From Coniocarpon cinnabarinum (lineage: Eukaryota): a stretch of 64,000 bases of DNA. The notes below the pieces were generated by a model. The model did not search any database. It saw only the letters and a program-made list of their open reading frames with translations, and was not told the origin of the DNA. Below are positions 38,220 through 51,892 of the stretch, piece by piece; within the stretch, counting starts at the first letter, position 1; every line of letters starts with the position of its first letter. The position numbers and the translations under genes were made by a program. The stretch spans positions 1 through 64,000 of the forward strand of contig JAVECO010000109.1 in NCBI GenBank assembly GCA_051942205.1, read 5' to 3'.

Positions 38220-39526
38220 TTACTGAGTGGCGATCCACTTGTCCAATTCTTCGTCCATTTGCATATTGAAGAGCCATGCGTATTGGCCCGTCGCCGTCTG
38301 AACCTTGTCAAGATCTTCTTCAGGAATATCAGTGTGTTTCTTCCGCTCTGCCTCGGACATGCGCTTGATGTTAGTAATGTTGACAACATGTTCGATCTCT
38401 TTGATTCGGTTCTGGCGCCATTGCTGCCAGAAGTCTACGAGGCGCGTGAGAGGGATGCTGCCGCCTTTGGCGCCCAGCAAGTATGCGAGACTGTAGGCAT
38501 CCTCGATCGCCTGACTAATGCCTTGCCCAGACGATGGTGGCACTGCATGAGCAGCATCACCCACAAGTACCACCCGCCTTGTCTGTGATGACCATGTCGG
38601 CATCGATGGTACAGCATAAAATGGCCACGAGAGCAAAGTATCATCATGCCTGCACATGGAGTCAATAATGGACTTATTGATATCACCCCAGGTATCGTAG
38701 TCTTGACGCAGCATGCCTATCAGCTTTGCCTTGTCCGCCTGTAGAGTATCCCACCCCGCACGATCCAGTTCTGGATGCTGTCGTTGAATGGCCGCCATGG
38801 TAGTAATGGCTAGGGGATCCTCCGGCACCAACAGCAGAGCTCCTGGTTCGCCTCGGACGACAGTTGCAGCGGGGTGGTTCTCCTTCGACCAGCGGATCTC
38901 ATTACGCGGGATGATGCTCGTGACTCCGGCGATGCCCGTGTACTTGAGAGGAGTGTCGTTGATGTGTCTACGAAGAGTTGAATGAACGCCGTCCGCAGCG
39001 ATGAGCATACTTGCTGTCTTTAATTGCCCATTGACTCTAAACGTGACGCCGTCCCCAGCGTCGCTGAAGATCTCTGTGCAACGAGCATCTCAAATCACTC
39101 TGACATTGCGAGTCTGTATCGTCCTGTACAGTTCTTGGACCAGGGCATGACGTGCAATACGCAGGGCTTTGTAGCCATAAGCTCGCTCGTGTCCATAGTA
39201 ATGTCGGTCAAGTATCTCGCCTTTCTCGTTGACAATGTCAGAGTTTTCAAATTGGTATCCTTGATGTAAGAGACGCTCATAGACACCTAAACGTTGTAGG
39301 ATCCGTAATGCATTCGGAGACAGTACCACGCCTCCGCTTAAGTTGATTAGGGAAGAACGAGCTTCGTAGATGGTCGATGAGATTTTTTGATCGCCGAGAG
39401 CAAGCGCAAAGCATAAACCCTGATGCTTGTAAGAGGGAGAAGGTCACCCCGCACAGAGCCATGTTTGGAACTGACCAATGGACCTCCACCAATGATAGCT
39501 ACGTTATCAGGCTTCGAGTCTCCCAT
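38220..39526 (-). pseudogene. FAD-dependent aromatic-ring monooxygenase (salicylate hydroxylase-like) with one in-frame TGA at 39090-39092; intron ~39420-39475
   Basis: Motifs GGGPLG (Rossmann), IYEAR, LSPNALRILQRLG, LIAADGVHS and LVGDAAHAVPPSSGQG. ORFs 39090..39329 and 38220..39008 are in the same frame, separated only by the stop codon. Confidence 0.75.
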
Positions 39527-42338
39527 GATTCCAACCCTCTCACGACGCTACACTCGAAGACGATACTCAAGGGACCTCCATTCTTAAATATCGACGCATG
39601 GAGGAACGGTACCTCCGTGAACAAATGACACAACGAGATCGTGGCCTTATTCGGCCATGTGGCTCAGCAGCTTGGCCCCAAAATTGATGTCGGCGGTCTC
39701 CGAGCTGACCAACATTTCGATTTTGAAGAGCAAGCTAGTCGCATGCAGTGGCGGAAACAAATGAGAGACGTAAAAGGTAGTCAGGAAAGAGATCGCTACG
39801 GCTGCAACGTGCATGGATGATCGAAATGGAAGAGCGCTAAATCCTCAATTATTCTTATCGAAATGCAAGTATTACCCTATTAATTAGCGGGGCACTGAGC
39901 CCGTCAAGAGAGTTCAAACATAACAGCTTAGCTGTCGAATCAATCAGCGTAAGATACCGGGTCATTGTTCAAAGTGATTGACAACCGCTGGGCTAGCGCT
40001 CAGTCACGTGATATCTCGCTGATTTCTCGGTGGAAACTCGGAAGACTTAACAGCCACTTCTGCGCCGAAGCCTGTTTGATGGAGCATCAACTTCTTCCAC
40101 CAAGCATGATGATTCTACTGCATCACAGCTTCTTTCCGTGCTCCTTTAAACTTGATTCATGGCGAATTGTGCAACAGGTTACGTGCCTGGCACTCACTGA
40201 GGCAGTGCCTCCTCGTGCAGTGGCTGAGGAGTGCTGGTAGCAAAGCAACAGTGGGACACAAGAAGCATGAGGGGCACATCTCTCGTACGGTTCCTGTATA
40301 ATCGTCAAAAGACAGTACATGAGTACGTCTCTGGTATCATAGGCGCGCCGCTCGGCTGTGCCAACGACATCCAATATTTTGACACGATAAGGGAGGCAGC
40401 GAGGTAGATATTAACGTTAATGCATCAATAAGTTCCTCTCTCGGGTTTCTAACAGCACACACACGACGTTTCCGATTCCTTGCCGGTCATGTCTCCCCTC
40501 GGACACCGAAAGGTCTGACAATTGAAGAGGGCTATGTCGTGTCTTGGACGGGGCTGAGGCTCTGCGTGGAGTACAGTGAATGACAGGGGACATGACGAAC
40601 CCCTTGTGGAGCACAGGGGCATCAAGCTTGCACTTACGCGCACCCTTGCCCATCGGTTATCCTGCACGAAGACAAGGCCCGTGCATTTATGTTGCACGGC
40701 CTCGGATGGCGCATCCTCATACAGAAGCATCACAACTTCTCATGATATTTTCCATGAATAAAGACCGGATCAGGAAAATGTTGAGACACGTCTACGCTCA
40801 GGATGGCTAATCTATTCGTTGTAAATATGGAAGCATAAGCTCATAAGTAGGCATGCAGATTTGATTATTGTCTCCTGAAGCTCATGCATGGGTAATGCAT
40901 ATTATCATGTAACTACCTACCTCTGCTCTCCCTTTCTCGCCGTCTAACAAAGTAGATCACGATCAGTGACCGCAGGCAAACGTATGCGAACCACGCATGA
41001 ATTTGGGAAGTCTTTCAAAGTGAAGCCTCACAACACGTGTCAGCTTTTACGAAATGACTCGACTGCTTCTTGTATCCGAAGTGAATCTAGCCGACCTGCA
41101 ACTCTTCCAGTAAGAATAGCAAGAGACTCAGACTTGTTGAATGGGGCTCACCTGATACGGAAAGCGTCTTTGGCACAACTTGCGTGCATGATCGCAATGC
41201 TGCAGGCAATGTGAGTGGCACCGCAGCCCGCATTTTGGTGCTCAGGCAGAACAGACAGCCTATAGGAAAGGTTCTATTAGCAACAAGCAAAGTCGTATGC
41301 ACGGTGTCTGCCGCATGCAGGTCTAAGCCGCCTCAACTTGCACCCTGACTCCGTATTGGTAGCCTTCTGCGAAGTTTTTGCCTGCTTCACGTCCACACAA
41401 TCGCCTACATTTGCCGTCCTTACGCCTTTCTAACTATCTAACTTGACAGCGGGGGATATTTCCAACCTCATATTCATACAACTGGACTGCTAGGGAAAAC
41501 GTGACTTGTCCGCGTGCGTTTATTACATAAGAAAAGCGCGACTTGCGGAACATTGTCAAGCGCAGATACCAGTCGATATGTACACTCTTTTCAAAGGCGG
41601 AGAACAGTTGTGTGTCTGACGCGTACCATTTACCCGTGTGCAGTCGATTGCTATGTTCGTGTAATCCTCGAAACAATGTTAACAGGTTTGAAGTGGTCCG
41701 ACGCTTGTCTTGACGATTACCAAGGATCGCCCCAGCCAAGCAGGGGAGGACTAGAAAGGCAAGCGTATCTAAATAGACAGGTTGGACTCAGTAAGTGCAG
41801 AAACTCACCACAATCAATTGCACTTGACAAAGATCTGTTAAAATGAGCTCGGCATAGCACAAGCTTCAAGAACAGATTAAAAGGCTCTCGCCAGAACTTC
41901 AATTTTGCGTTATCTCTCGCTGTCAGCAACAGATGGCAAGTCCAATACCGGAGGTGACAGCGGTACTAGAGCAAGCACAAGGCAGCGATGCTGTTAAGAA
42001 AAATCCTGGGAAAAATCTTCGCAGCCAGCTGGTGACTACTCTTTAACAGCAGCGGCGCCCAGACAACCTCTAGATCTGGGGCGAATAGCCAGAGTGGTGG
42101 CTCACTTCCCTGGGCAAAGCCAGTAGGCACTCGCGAGACCGATACAGAAGGTGGGCATTCCCATTGATCTCGTCTGGCTTGAAGCTCACGTGACTTTTCC
42201 TGACAAGCAACTTCGTCTTGGCGACAGGAGTCCCTGACTCGTGTTCTTGCGGCTCACAGAGTCTAACACGTGATCGTGTAAAATTCATCTCTAAAGCGCT
42301 TTCTGTCTCATACCTTCGGTCATGCAATTGGTTCAATC

Positions 42339-43839
42339 CTATATCAGCACCCAGATCATGCCCGCCAGCCACAGAACTACGAACATGAACGTGATGAATC
42401 CCGCCCCTGCTCGATCACCGGTCGTGATCGGTTTAGGCATACCTAAAAGATCAGCCTCGTCGTAGCCACCCGCGTCTGGATTGCCTTCACTGTCTCCCCC
42501 CGTGGTGTCTGTGACAGGTGGCGGCGTACCCTTGCTCTGCAACGACAGCAAGTTCGAGATGACGCTCATTGCGGCCATCTGCTCGCCTGGACCAGTGCTC
42601 CCATCAAACTCTCCTGTCGTCCATTTCATTCCGCAGGCATTATCAGTCCCGGTGCATGATTTTGCGGCCCCGACCGCCGAAGCACGAAGAAGCGGCTCAA
42701 TGGTTGGTGCTGTCCATGGCGCAAGCTGCGCAGTCACAGCAAGCCAGCGTGTGTCATACGCTTTGAACGATCTCATGTCGTAGTTGCATGTGCCGAGCGG
42801 CTCACATGCTGTTTCGACAATGACCTGACCGCCGTTAGGGAAGAAGTTGCGCTCCATGCTCCTCAAGAAGCCATCGACGCGCGTCCGCCACTTCTCCTCT
42901 CGGGTGTGATTGTACATGTACGCAGAGCCGTGGAGGTAGACCGCCGTCACGTACGAGTATTGTTGGTGGTTTATCTGCGTGCAGTTGATGGTGTCATCGG
43001 CGCCATCATACACATTGTAGTCGCCGTCAATCAAGCCGATACTGACAGTCCAGTCATAGGCTTTCTCTGCCCACTCCAGGTACGTTGTATTCTCAGTGTA
43101 ACGCCCAAGTCTTGCGCCCAACGCAAAGAAGCATCCATTACTGATTGTATTCTTGTAATTATAGCCGTTGTTGAAGGAAAACACCTGCCATTTCAATCCA
43201 CCTCCGCAAGTCGGCGGTGCGAGATCCCAGCGCGGGACTTGGGTGTTGAAGACGCCCTGGGCGAGTGCGAGCCATGGAAACGCACCAGGAGCAGTCGGAT
43301 TGGGGAACTTGAGCTCTGCAGCCTCCATTGCCGCAAAGCCCCAAAACGCTTGGTCGTCATTACCGCATGTCCTCGTCTGATTTCGTGTCATGAAGTCGCC
43401 ATTTTCAGCAGATTGGTGTTGGATCGCTTCAGTGACTTGGTCATTATAGGTGGAGTCGCCGGTGTTCGACCAGTAGTGGATGAGCGACATCATCATGGCG
43501 CCTGCCTCCCACTGTCGGCTTCTCATCAGCGACATAATTGCTGACATTTCAGCTGACTCACCCAGTAGTATGGATCTGGTAAGTTGCCAGGGACGCCGCC
43601 TGTTTGATTTGCATTATACCATGTCATCATTCCATAACTGGCTGTGCCAGCTGCAGCCTTTATTGAAGCTGCAACGATGTTAGTCACCTCCAAGATGATC
43701 TCGGAGCGAATGGTCGAGAGGGCGCACCTTCGTCATCTGGGTTTAGTTCAATCGCACCGGCTATCCAAGTGCAAGTCAAAATAGCTGATAATAGTTTGGC
43801 GACTGGTCTCGTCCGCATCGAACCCCGAATAAAATACAT
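42339..43839 (-). CDS. Glycoside hydrolase family 76 alpha-1,6-mannanase/transglycosylase (Dcw1/Dfg5-like), GPI-type C-terminus; 2 introns
   Basis: Signal peptide, PYYW|WEAG, catalytic GNDDQAFW, CGGGLKWQ, YKNTISNG and SFKAY, ending in the hydrophobic tail ITTGDRAGAGFITF... Confidence 0.92.
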
Positions 43840-44790
43840 GGCGACTGGTGGAAAAGGAGCGGACGGCGACGCCGAGGTCGGCACGCGCTAGAAACTCAAC
43901 CACTCCAACTCGACTGATGCGTATGCGACCTCTAACAATATGGGCTCCAACTATGAGAACAACGGGCAACAAAAGAGTGATGGTAGGTCTTGGTTGATGT
44001 CGTCGAGCGCGTATACCAGGATGGAGGTCGCCAAGCCGGAGACAGCGTAGTCGCACTTGCCACCAAGATCAAAATGTACAGGAAACAGATCCGGCCCAAA
44101 ATTAGGTGAAGTTTCCACTGGCGCAGGTGACGTCTCAACAAAACAGGCGTTGTGTATTAAAAGTGCAGACGATGACTGATGTAAGTATGCCGTCACTTGG
44201 CGCTTGCGCATGGGTTCCATTGCTGGATATTTGAACTCTCTACTCACATCCAGCCCCTTAAAGCTTGGCTCAGCGTCTGCGCGATGGGCCATTACCATTA
44301 CCGTGGCGACAGCCATTCTCCGTCAAATACCAAGAGATGGAAAGGGGACGTTTCTACTTGGCGACCTTGGCGGCGTCGTAAGGCTTTTGCGCTGAGACCC
44401 TTGGCGGCCTCCTTGGCATACTGGGTATTCGACTATTGCACCCTTCTGGTTAGCCCCTTGTATTCCACTCATCCCATCGCGTCGTCAAGACATGAGCGCC
44501 TCGAATTCTCAAGCGCTGAGTGCAGGCTCCATTCCGTTTCCTCTGGCGCTCAAGTAGACTCACCAGTGGAAGACTGCATCTCGAAGCACCGCCAGATTCG
44601 TTCAGGAAGTCTCCCGTCATGGATAAGAACATATTGAAGAAAGTAAATGAGTGTAAGAAGCCAACGTTCATCCTCAAGGCCCGAAGCCCTTGCTGACTGT
44701 GCCTCAGCGATGCTCGCAGAAACAACAATATCGCTGAACAAGGGTACATTCAGTCTGCTCAGCCCTCTCAGTCAAGTTTGAACTTTGACA

Positions 44791-46227
44791 TTACCAAGTT
44801 GTCACGTTGCATCCTTCCGGAACCTCGACCCCATTCATCCTATCGTTCAACCACGCAAAGGCTCCCATGGCCACCAATTGCCCCTCTTCTTCATGATTCA
44901 CTCCCAGGTTTCGGATGTACTCGATTCTTGCCCCATCAGCGCAGTATTTGTCCACTAGCGCGTCCGTGACAGTGATGTTGCTGTATTCATCTAGCAATCC
45001 TTTGTACGCGAATATGGGTACTTTTGGTGTACACCTCAAACCCCTTTGAGCCGCTAGTGTCAGCTCTCATGTTGCACAGTGAGCTACGCAGCCGCTCATT
45101 CAACTCACATGACTGAAAACTTGTCATTGAGCGACACCCACACAGGATCGCTTAGAATTGCAGCACCTTCGGTGAAATACGAGGCAAAAATGTCCTCATT
45201 TGCAAAGGCTGGAACGAACTCGTCGGAGCATTGCGTGAGCACACTATTGAATTTAGTTGCATTGGCGGAAATCAGCTTGCTCTCAATATAGACGCGAGCT
45301 GTGGCATTCTGCGCTGTAATGCCCAGTATGCCAGGTGGAGCTATGTTTAATGTGTTAGCCACATCGCTTTCGACCTGGAGCTAAGACCTGACTGAACAGC
45401 CTACTCACCAAACCCAGCCTCGGGTCCACCATTGACGGTTTCTACCGTATTCGTGCCGTTGGGCGTGATCCCGCCGATTGCCACGCCTGCGATATTAAGT
45501 TCGGGCGCATAGTCTGGCGCCAGTTCCAGGGCAAAGTCTGCTGCTGTAGAACCACCTGAGTATCCATTCATCACATAAGTCGCATCTGGAGCGATGCCCG
45601 TGATGTTCGTCGAAGCCAAAGCAGCGCGGATGACGTCGAGCGTAGCCTGTCCCTGCTGCACGCCATTTCCAAAAGCTGCGTTGAATCCTAGAAAGTCTGG
45701 CAACACAGCGTACCAACCGCCGACGACAAGCGCTTGCGAAAGGACCGGATCAGATGACTGATTGCCCCTCCGCCGCGCGACATAACTGGTCGCGCAGTCG
45801 GTGGCCGAGTAGTCGAAAGGGTCAAGCGCGATCAACAGTTTCTTAGGATCTCCTGCTTCTGGTACCAGGACAGTCGTGACGACTGCGTCGGGATCGCCGT
45901 TGGAATCGGTAGAACGATAGAGCAGCTGGTATGTGGTCGAAGAGCCATCGACGCCTCCCTCGATCTTTGTAGAATTGAGGATCGCACCAGGGGCCTGGGA
46001 CTCAACTGACGTGTTGTTAGCTTAGGTCTGGTGCGCGTTCCTGGCCTGTGATGTGTTCGACTTGGCTTGGGAGTGTTATACATACATCCGGGAGTAGGCT
46101 GGTAGAATGGATCCTGGGACGGTGGCGTGATATTGGCTTGACGGCGACTGATGTGTTCCAAGCTTGCGGCAGCAGTCGTGGATGCCATCGCCAGCCCGGC
46201 GAGAACGATCAGTCTACTCATGGCCAT
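44791..46227 (-). CDS. Secreted lipase (fungal LIP / Candida antarctica lipase A-like family), multi-exon
   Basis: Signal peptide, PPSQDPFYQP, YQLLYRSTD, nucleophile motif GYSGGS, YAPELNIAGVAIGG, P-x-VPIFAYKGLLDE and C-terminal H/WL-x-DR. The 3' end is approximate. Confidence 0.88.
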
Positions 46228-49128
46228 TGTCTACAAGACGCTCCTAATGCACGGTGCTTCAGTTCAGGCCTCACAAATGTGGTGATTGCAAAAGACGCAC
46301 GGCGGAGCTTCGCGATGAGCGTGAGGCTCTCTTAAACACAAGCGTAGCTTCATCATCATCGAGACGCAATGGGTACATCGTGGTGGCTGCTCTTTCCGGC
46401 TACGGAATCCTTTGGCCAACTAAATGCTGTTGTAAGGAGAACCCAGCGCTGCGCCTCAAAGGATCTCATAGCACCGGTGAAAGTCCAGGATTTGAATCAG
46501 TGAATACAGAGGGCCGCATCTCACGGCATGACCGCTTTCGACCACCAATACAGGGACAGGTCGCATCTTGCATTGTGATTGGTGAGGCTCATCAATAAGG
46601 ACTACTAGCTCTTAATGGAGATACCAGTGCATGCCTTGGATTTGAGGCTAGAAGTGTTTCATCCCCTAATTTAGCTCAAGCAATGTCCGACTTCTTCCAT
46701 TCACAGCAACAGAAGCTCTGTCTCTCGACTTGATGATCGGACTCTCTCTTCCCCGTTGCTGCGCCAAGGCACTTGTGTGCCTGACCTCAGATACCGGACG
46801 GGTCATCTACAAGTACTGTCAAGGATGAGAGTCCTGAAACGATCCGAGAGTTCCGGCTGTCGCACAATTGAGCCTTACATTCCAGCACTGCCACCTCCTT
46901 CCAATAATAACGACAATGACATCGCCAAGACTGAGCCGACAGTCAACATTGACCTCTCATGGACTGCTATGTTGCGGAGCCGCATGTCCCGCTAATATGA
47001 AAGCAGTGCCGTCGCGATGGACCTGCCTACAGCGGGTCCTGTTTACAGCAATTCTTACCTAAATCGGTTATTCCCTTCCGCTCGACCTCAATTATCCTTT
47101 GCATTCGTCCAACCGGGACACAGTTGCTCCGACCTCGATGCGGCCTCAGCAAGCAGAGATGACCCGCCTTTCGTCTGCATTTCCACGATGGGCTTGTAAA
47201 ATGTGGTATTGAACATGGTAAACTTTCCTTCATCACGCTCCGGCTTTCACATTTCATGTAGCTTCCTTTGCCGTTCAAAATCCGCTTTCAAAGATAAGCG
47301 AGTGTTCTAAACTTACCCTGATCAAGTACCAATCCCCGATCCTTGGTCGCATAATCTGGATGATCAGGCTGTCTTCCTGAGCATATACTGTGAACACAAG
47401 ATTGAAACATGCCTTCCCACTACCCTGCCAAGTAATGGCCCGTTCCTTGTCACATTGCTCCACCGTTCGTCTGGCTGCTCGACCTGGCGACGAGCACGGT
47501 CACTGTCTACGAGAGTCTGGGTACAATATTGCTGCTTGCGGCCACTCCAAGAATCGACTTGCGGACACTGCGCTTCAAGTCGTTGGGCATCAGAGTATAG
47601 CAGTCAGCTCACTGGCCGAGTATTAATTGAAAACCAACAGCACCGCCACGGTACATGGTCCTTCACTGAATAATGCTTGATTCATAGCTCCAAGCTTGCT
47701 ACCACCGCCGATTGTTGCACAACATTCGGCCTCGCTCAAGAGCGAGTGAGCCAATTGCATCGGTGCTCAATCATTAAGAGATACTGTGCTCTGTCGCTTT
47801 GTAAATCTGCTTTACCAATACTCTTTCAATAACGCTTGCGTCCACGTCTGTTACCTGCTTGAAAAATTGTTCTCCAGCTACAGTCGCAGCTACAGTCGCT
47901 CGCTACTTTCTGTTTAATTACAATTTCCACTCATTTCTTCGCCTCGCACCCATTTGATTCATCATCTAACTCTGCAACTTCAGCATCATTTTCTCCAAAG
48001 CTCCCACGCGATGCACTTGCATTCCTGCAAAGGAACCTCCCTAACACTGCAACATCAATCCCTTCACCTCAAGCCTCACCTTTCTTCCTACCTCTCTCAA
48101 TACCGCAAAACAGCGAATGACGAAGAATCCCGAGATCGCAACACCCATCACATCCGAGAACGCAAGGTGAAGAGCACGAGATGAATAAGCCATAAACCGA
48201 AGGAACAGTCACATTCCCTCTACGACGAAATCGTGCAGGCGAATCTTCTTCAACGTTCCGAAAGAAACAGCGCACCAAATTGATCTCCCCTCTTTGCATA
48301 AGATGCGGTATGGATCGGAGATCTCATCGTGTGCTCACATTTTCCGATTTCCTTGCCAATGTCGTTTCCTTGCCAACGGAATAAACATCACTCCTATGCT
48401 TTCGCAACGTAATTCATGGATGCGAAGTGTCGAATAGCGCATCCGCAATGTCAGACTTCGAAGATCTAACATTAGCGTGTGCTGACCGCTACAGCTTTAG
48501 CGCTGGGATGTGTGATCTTCTGCACTTTTAATCATATCAGCAGCTTGTTCGGTCTCATACGCTTGATCATGGCGCGTTGTTCATGGCTGGATAATTCAGG
48601 GCATGCGATGTAGCTATTCTGACACGTTTGTGACACTGAAAGATGGGTCCTGCGGTGATTGCTCGGCTCGGCTCGTAGAGCGAGAAACGGAGTGTCGACG
48701 CTAGGAAGCGGCGCTGTGAATAATTGGCGCTTTAGGCTATTAGATGCGAGCTACAGATTCTCAGAAAATGAAATAGGATCTTGTGGATGAAATGGGGTTG
48801 AGTGAACGGAACTGAGAGACAAACTTCTAACACCGAGTGACGGAACTCTAGCTAGAACATGTTCTATGCGCTTTTATATGATCAGGTGCCAAGGATTTCT
48901 GAGGATTCTCGTGTGTGAAGTGGAGGGACGAAGAGATTATGCAGCACCTCACACAGCAGCTTTGACTTTGACTTTGGTAATCATGAGTGTTTAGTGTATG
49001 CCATTTCGCTATGTATAAAATACACTTCACAATCGCACGACGGGGTATCACATCTCTTCAACACATTAGCCGTGCTCCTACCCTTTCGCCCTCGATACCA
49101 ACACCCACGAACTTTCCTCCCTTCCATG

Positions 49129-51195
49129 CTATCGCCCACTAACCCTCTGTCCTTCATCACCCCGCCTCAACGATGTCCTCTCATCCCCTCCCATCTCCCC
49201 AATCCACCCATCACCTGCCGGCAATTCCATAGGTCTACTCACATCCCCCGCGCCAACCTCATGCCGTTCAGCGGGTGGAAGCGCATCACCATCCAGCATC
49301 GCCGTCTCGCTCCGCTGCACCCCATTTCCGCCCAGTTCGGGTTTCCCACCGTAGACGCCATCGCTGCCGGCCTTCTCCCGCGCAAACTTAGCTTTTCGCT
49401 CTTTGCGCAGGAAGAACGCACCAGTAGCGCCGAGTATCAGCAGAACGCCTAAGGCGACGCCCACGCCGATTCCTGCTTTCGCGCCTGTGCTCAGGCCGCT
49501 GTCCTGGTTGTCGGTGGGATTTCCAATGAGACCGGGTCCAGCAGTGGGTGTGCTTCCCACAGGATAGGACGTAATCGTGCCGGTACCATCACTCTTCGCC
49601 TGCGCAAGTAACGCCGCACACGTTGCATTCGGCTGGGTTGGCGTCTGCAATACGCCATTAGGACCACCGCACTGCTTTGGATCACGCCCGTCCGCCCTGA
49701 ACTCCGAGTTGAGGTACCAGCTGTACTGGTCCTGTTTATTGCACATGCTGTAAGCGCCGTAGACGCCACGCGAAAGGTCATATTCGATTCCGGCGCAGTA
49801 GTCTGGGTGGTCTTTGCAGGAGTTCGCTAGAAACTCCGGACCGAAGTGGAAGAGGATGCTGCTGCTGGAGCTGACAATGCACTCAAGTGATTGCATCATG
49901 CAGTCGCAGACGAGGCTGTTGGGAGGGGGCGGCAGGACGTTGGAGGCGTTGAAGCTAGCGCTGGGAGGTGGCGGAGTGCAAGCCGTCGCGTGGGTGGCTG
50001 AGGGGGTGTAAGACGCCGATTGAGTGGGGGAGGGTGTTGCGGAGGCGAACTGAGCGGAAAGATTCTCGTAGTCTGCGCCGTAGGTAACTTCATTGTCTAC
50101 GATTGAGATGAGACCGTAGGCGTTTGTGTAATTGAAATATTCGTACGCGATGCCCTGTCTCACATAGTTAGCTAAGAGCGGCAAAAGGATGGAAGGGTCT
50201 GTTTACGTTACGTACGCCTGAGAAAACCTGCGTCATGTTGGATCCGTAGAGGGCGGCGACCTCGCTCCAGGGACGAGTTATGGTTTCTTCGAGCTCGCAC
50301 CCAAATTCGGCAAAGAAGGAGGGGACCGTAACGTTGGAGAAGTCCTCCGTGTACTGGTTGTAGTACGAGCGGGTGTAAGACGAGTTGCCACACCACGAGT
50401 ATGTCGCAAGACCTGGATAAGCGCGGTGTCAATATAACATCTTCAATCAAGCGGAGATAGTTATTCCTCACCAAAGAAATCAGTAATGTCGGAGTCAGGC
50501 CCGCATGTCAAATAATCAAGCGTGGCAATCGAATATGTATCGTCCATTGCATATCCTACAGGAATATCACGATAGTTCCTGGCTTTGATGTATGCTTTGA
50601 CGTCTCTTATGGCAGCCTTGGCAGCTGCGAACGCACCTGTCTTGCCCGGGTTGACAGCATTGAGCACAGCCGACACAGTCTCGTATGCAGCCCACACGCC
50701 GAGGGTGTTGTTGTATTGAGACAGTTCATCGATTGCTGTTGTATAGATGTCATAAATGGTCGTGTTCCAGCTTGGATAGGTGCCATTGATGGTGATACTT
50801 CCGGATGCCAGCAGTGGTATAACATATATATCGTTTTGCGCAAACTCCGCGAAGCAGCTCTCGTGATTGCGAGACCAGTCGACGAAGAGCGTGCTTACTG
50901 TGTTGATGCCCAGTCTAGCGAGATAGGGAGCATCACGCGCACAGGCGGTAATGTCAGCCAAGACATCCACGCCTGCATCTTGTGTGCCCGTGTTGGTGTC
51001 GGTGGCGGGGTTGAGGTCGGAGGAATAGACCACGCCTTTGACGAAGAACTGGCTCCCATTCGGATAGAAGAACTTGGTGCCCTCAATGGTTAAAGGCTCA
51101 GTGACAGCCGTGACAAGATCGCTGAAGAAGAGACTGAATACGAGATAGAACAAGGCCAGCTTGCAGGGCACACATGGGACTCTCATCGCCCCCAT
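49129..51195 (-). CDS. GH72 beta-1,3-glucanosyltransferase (Gas/Gel-like) with Cys-rich X8/CBM43 domain and C-terminal transmembrane helix; 2 introns
   Basis: Motifs IEGTKFFYPNGSQFFVKGVVY, CARDAPYL..LGINT, KAAIRDVKAYI...YRDIPVGYA, FFAEFGC, AYEYF and LPPPP..LVCDCM...YGAYSMC. Confidence 0.9.
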
Positions 51196-51892
51196 TGAAG
51201 CGGTCCCCAACACACTCGCAAGGCCAAAAGGTGAAGAGTCTTGAGGGAGGATAGAGGACGGTGGTGGAGGGACGGTGCCTCGGGGACGAGAATGAAGGAG
51301 GCATGGCGTCTGGCGTTGTTGCGCACGTGTGGCAACATCAAAACCACAACTTAGCCAGCACCTAGTCCCGTTTTGCAGAGTGCTCAATGGGTGTTGTCGC
51401 CGTGTATGGATCAGAACACGAGCCACTAAGGATGTTGTACACGCTAGAGGAGTTTCAGACTGGGTACATATCGTGTCAGATCTGCCCAGCCACTTGGAGG
51501 AGCCGTCGGAAATGCGCCGTCTGTTGGTCCCCGCCCGTTATTGAAGACCGGCATGGGCGATAAATTTGCATTTGCCTTGGTCTAGTCATAATGCAAGACG
51601 CGGACGCATCCTTCAGTGTGCGAGGGAAGATAAGAAGAGCTTGGACCTCGGAAGGGTGAATCGTGGCGGGCAGGGTCCCGATTACGATGCGTGTGACGAT
51701 ACTCTCGTGTGAGGTTCCGATTTCCTGATCCAAGGCGCGGAGATCCAATGTTGGGATAGATCGAACTTCTGTTTCTATTGTCCAATCCTCAGGTGCCCAC
51801 ACTCCCTGCCCAAGCCTCCTGTCTAGGGACATTCCTCCAGCCCAGATCCTCTCACTCCTCGTCCCACTATACAACACCACATTGACCCCACC

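Noticed and set aside
39600..42300. Scattered short ORFs between the monooxygenase and GH76
   Set aside because: No coding signature or splice-consistent gene model could be built by eye.
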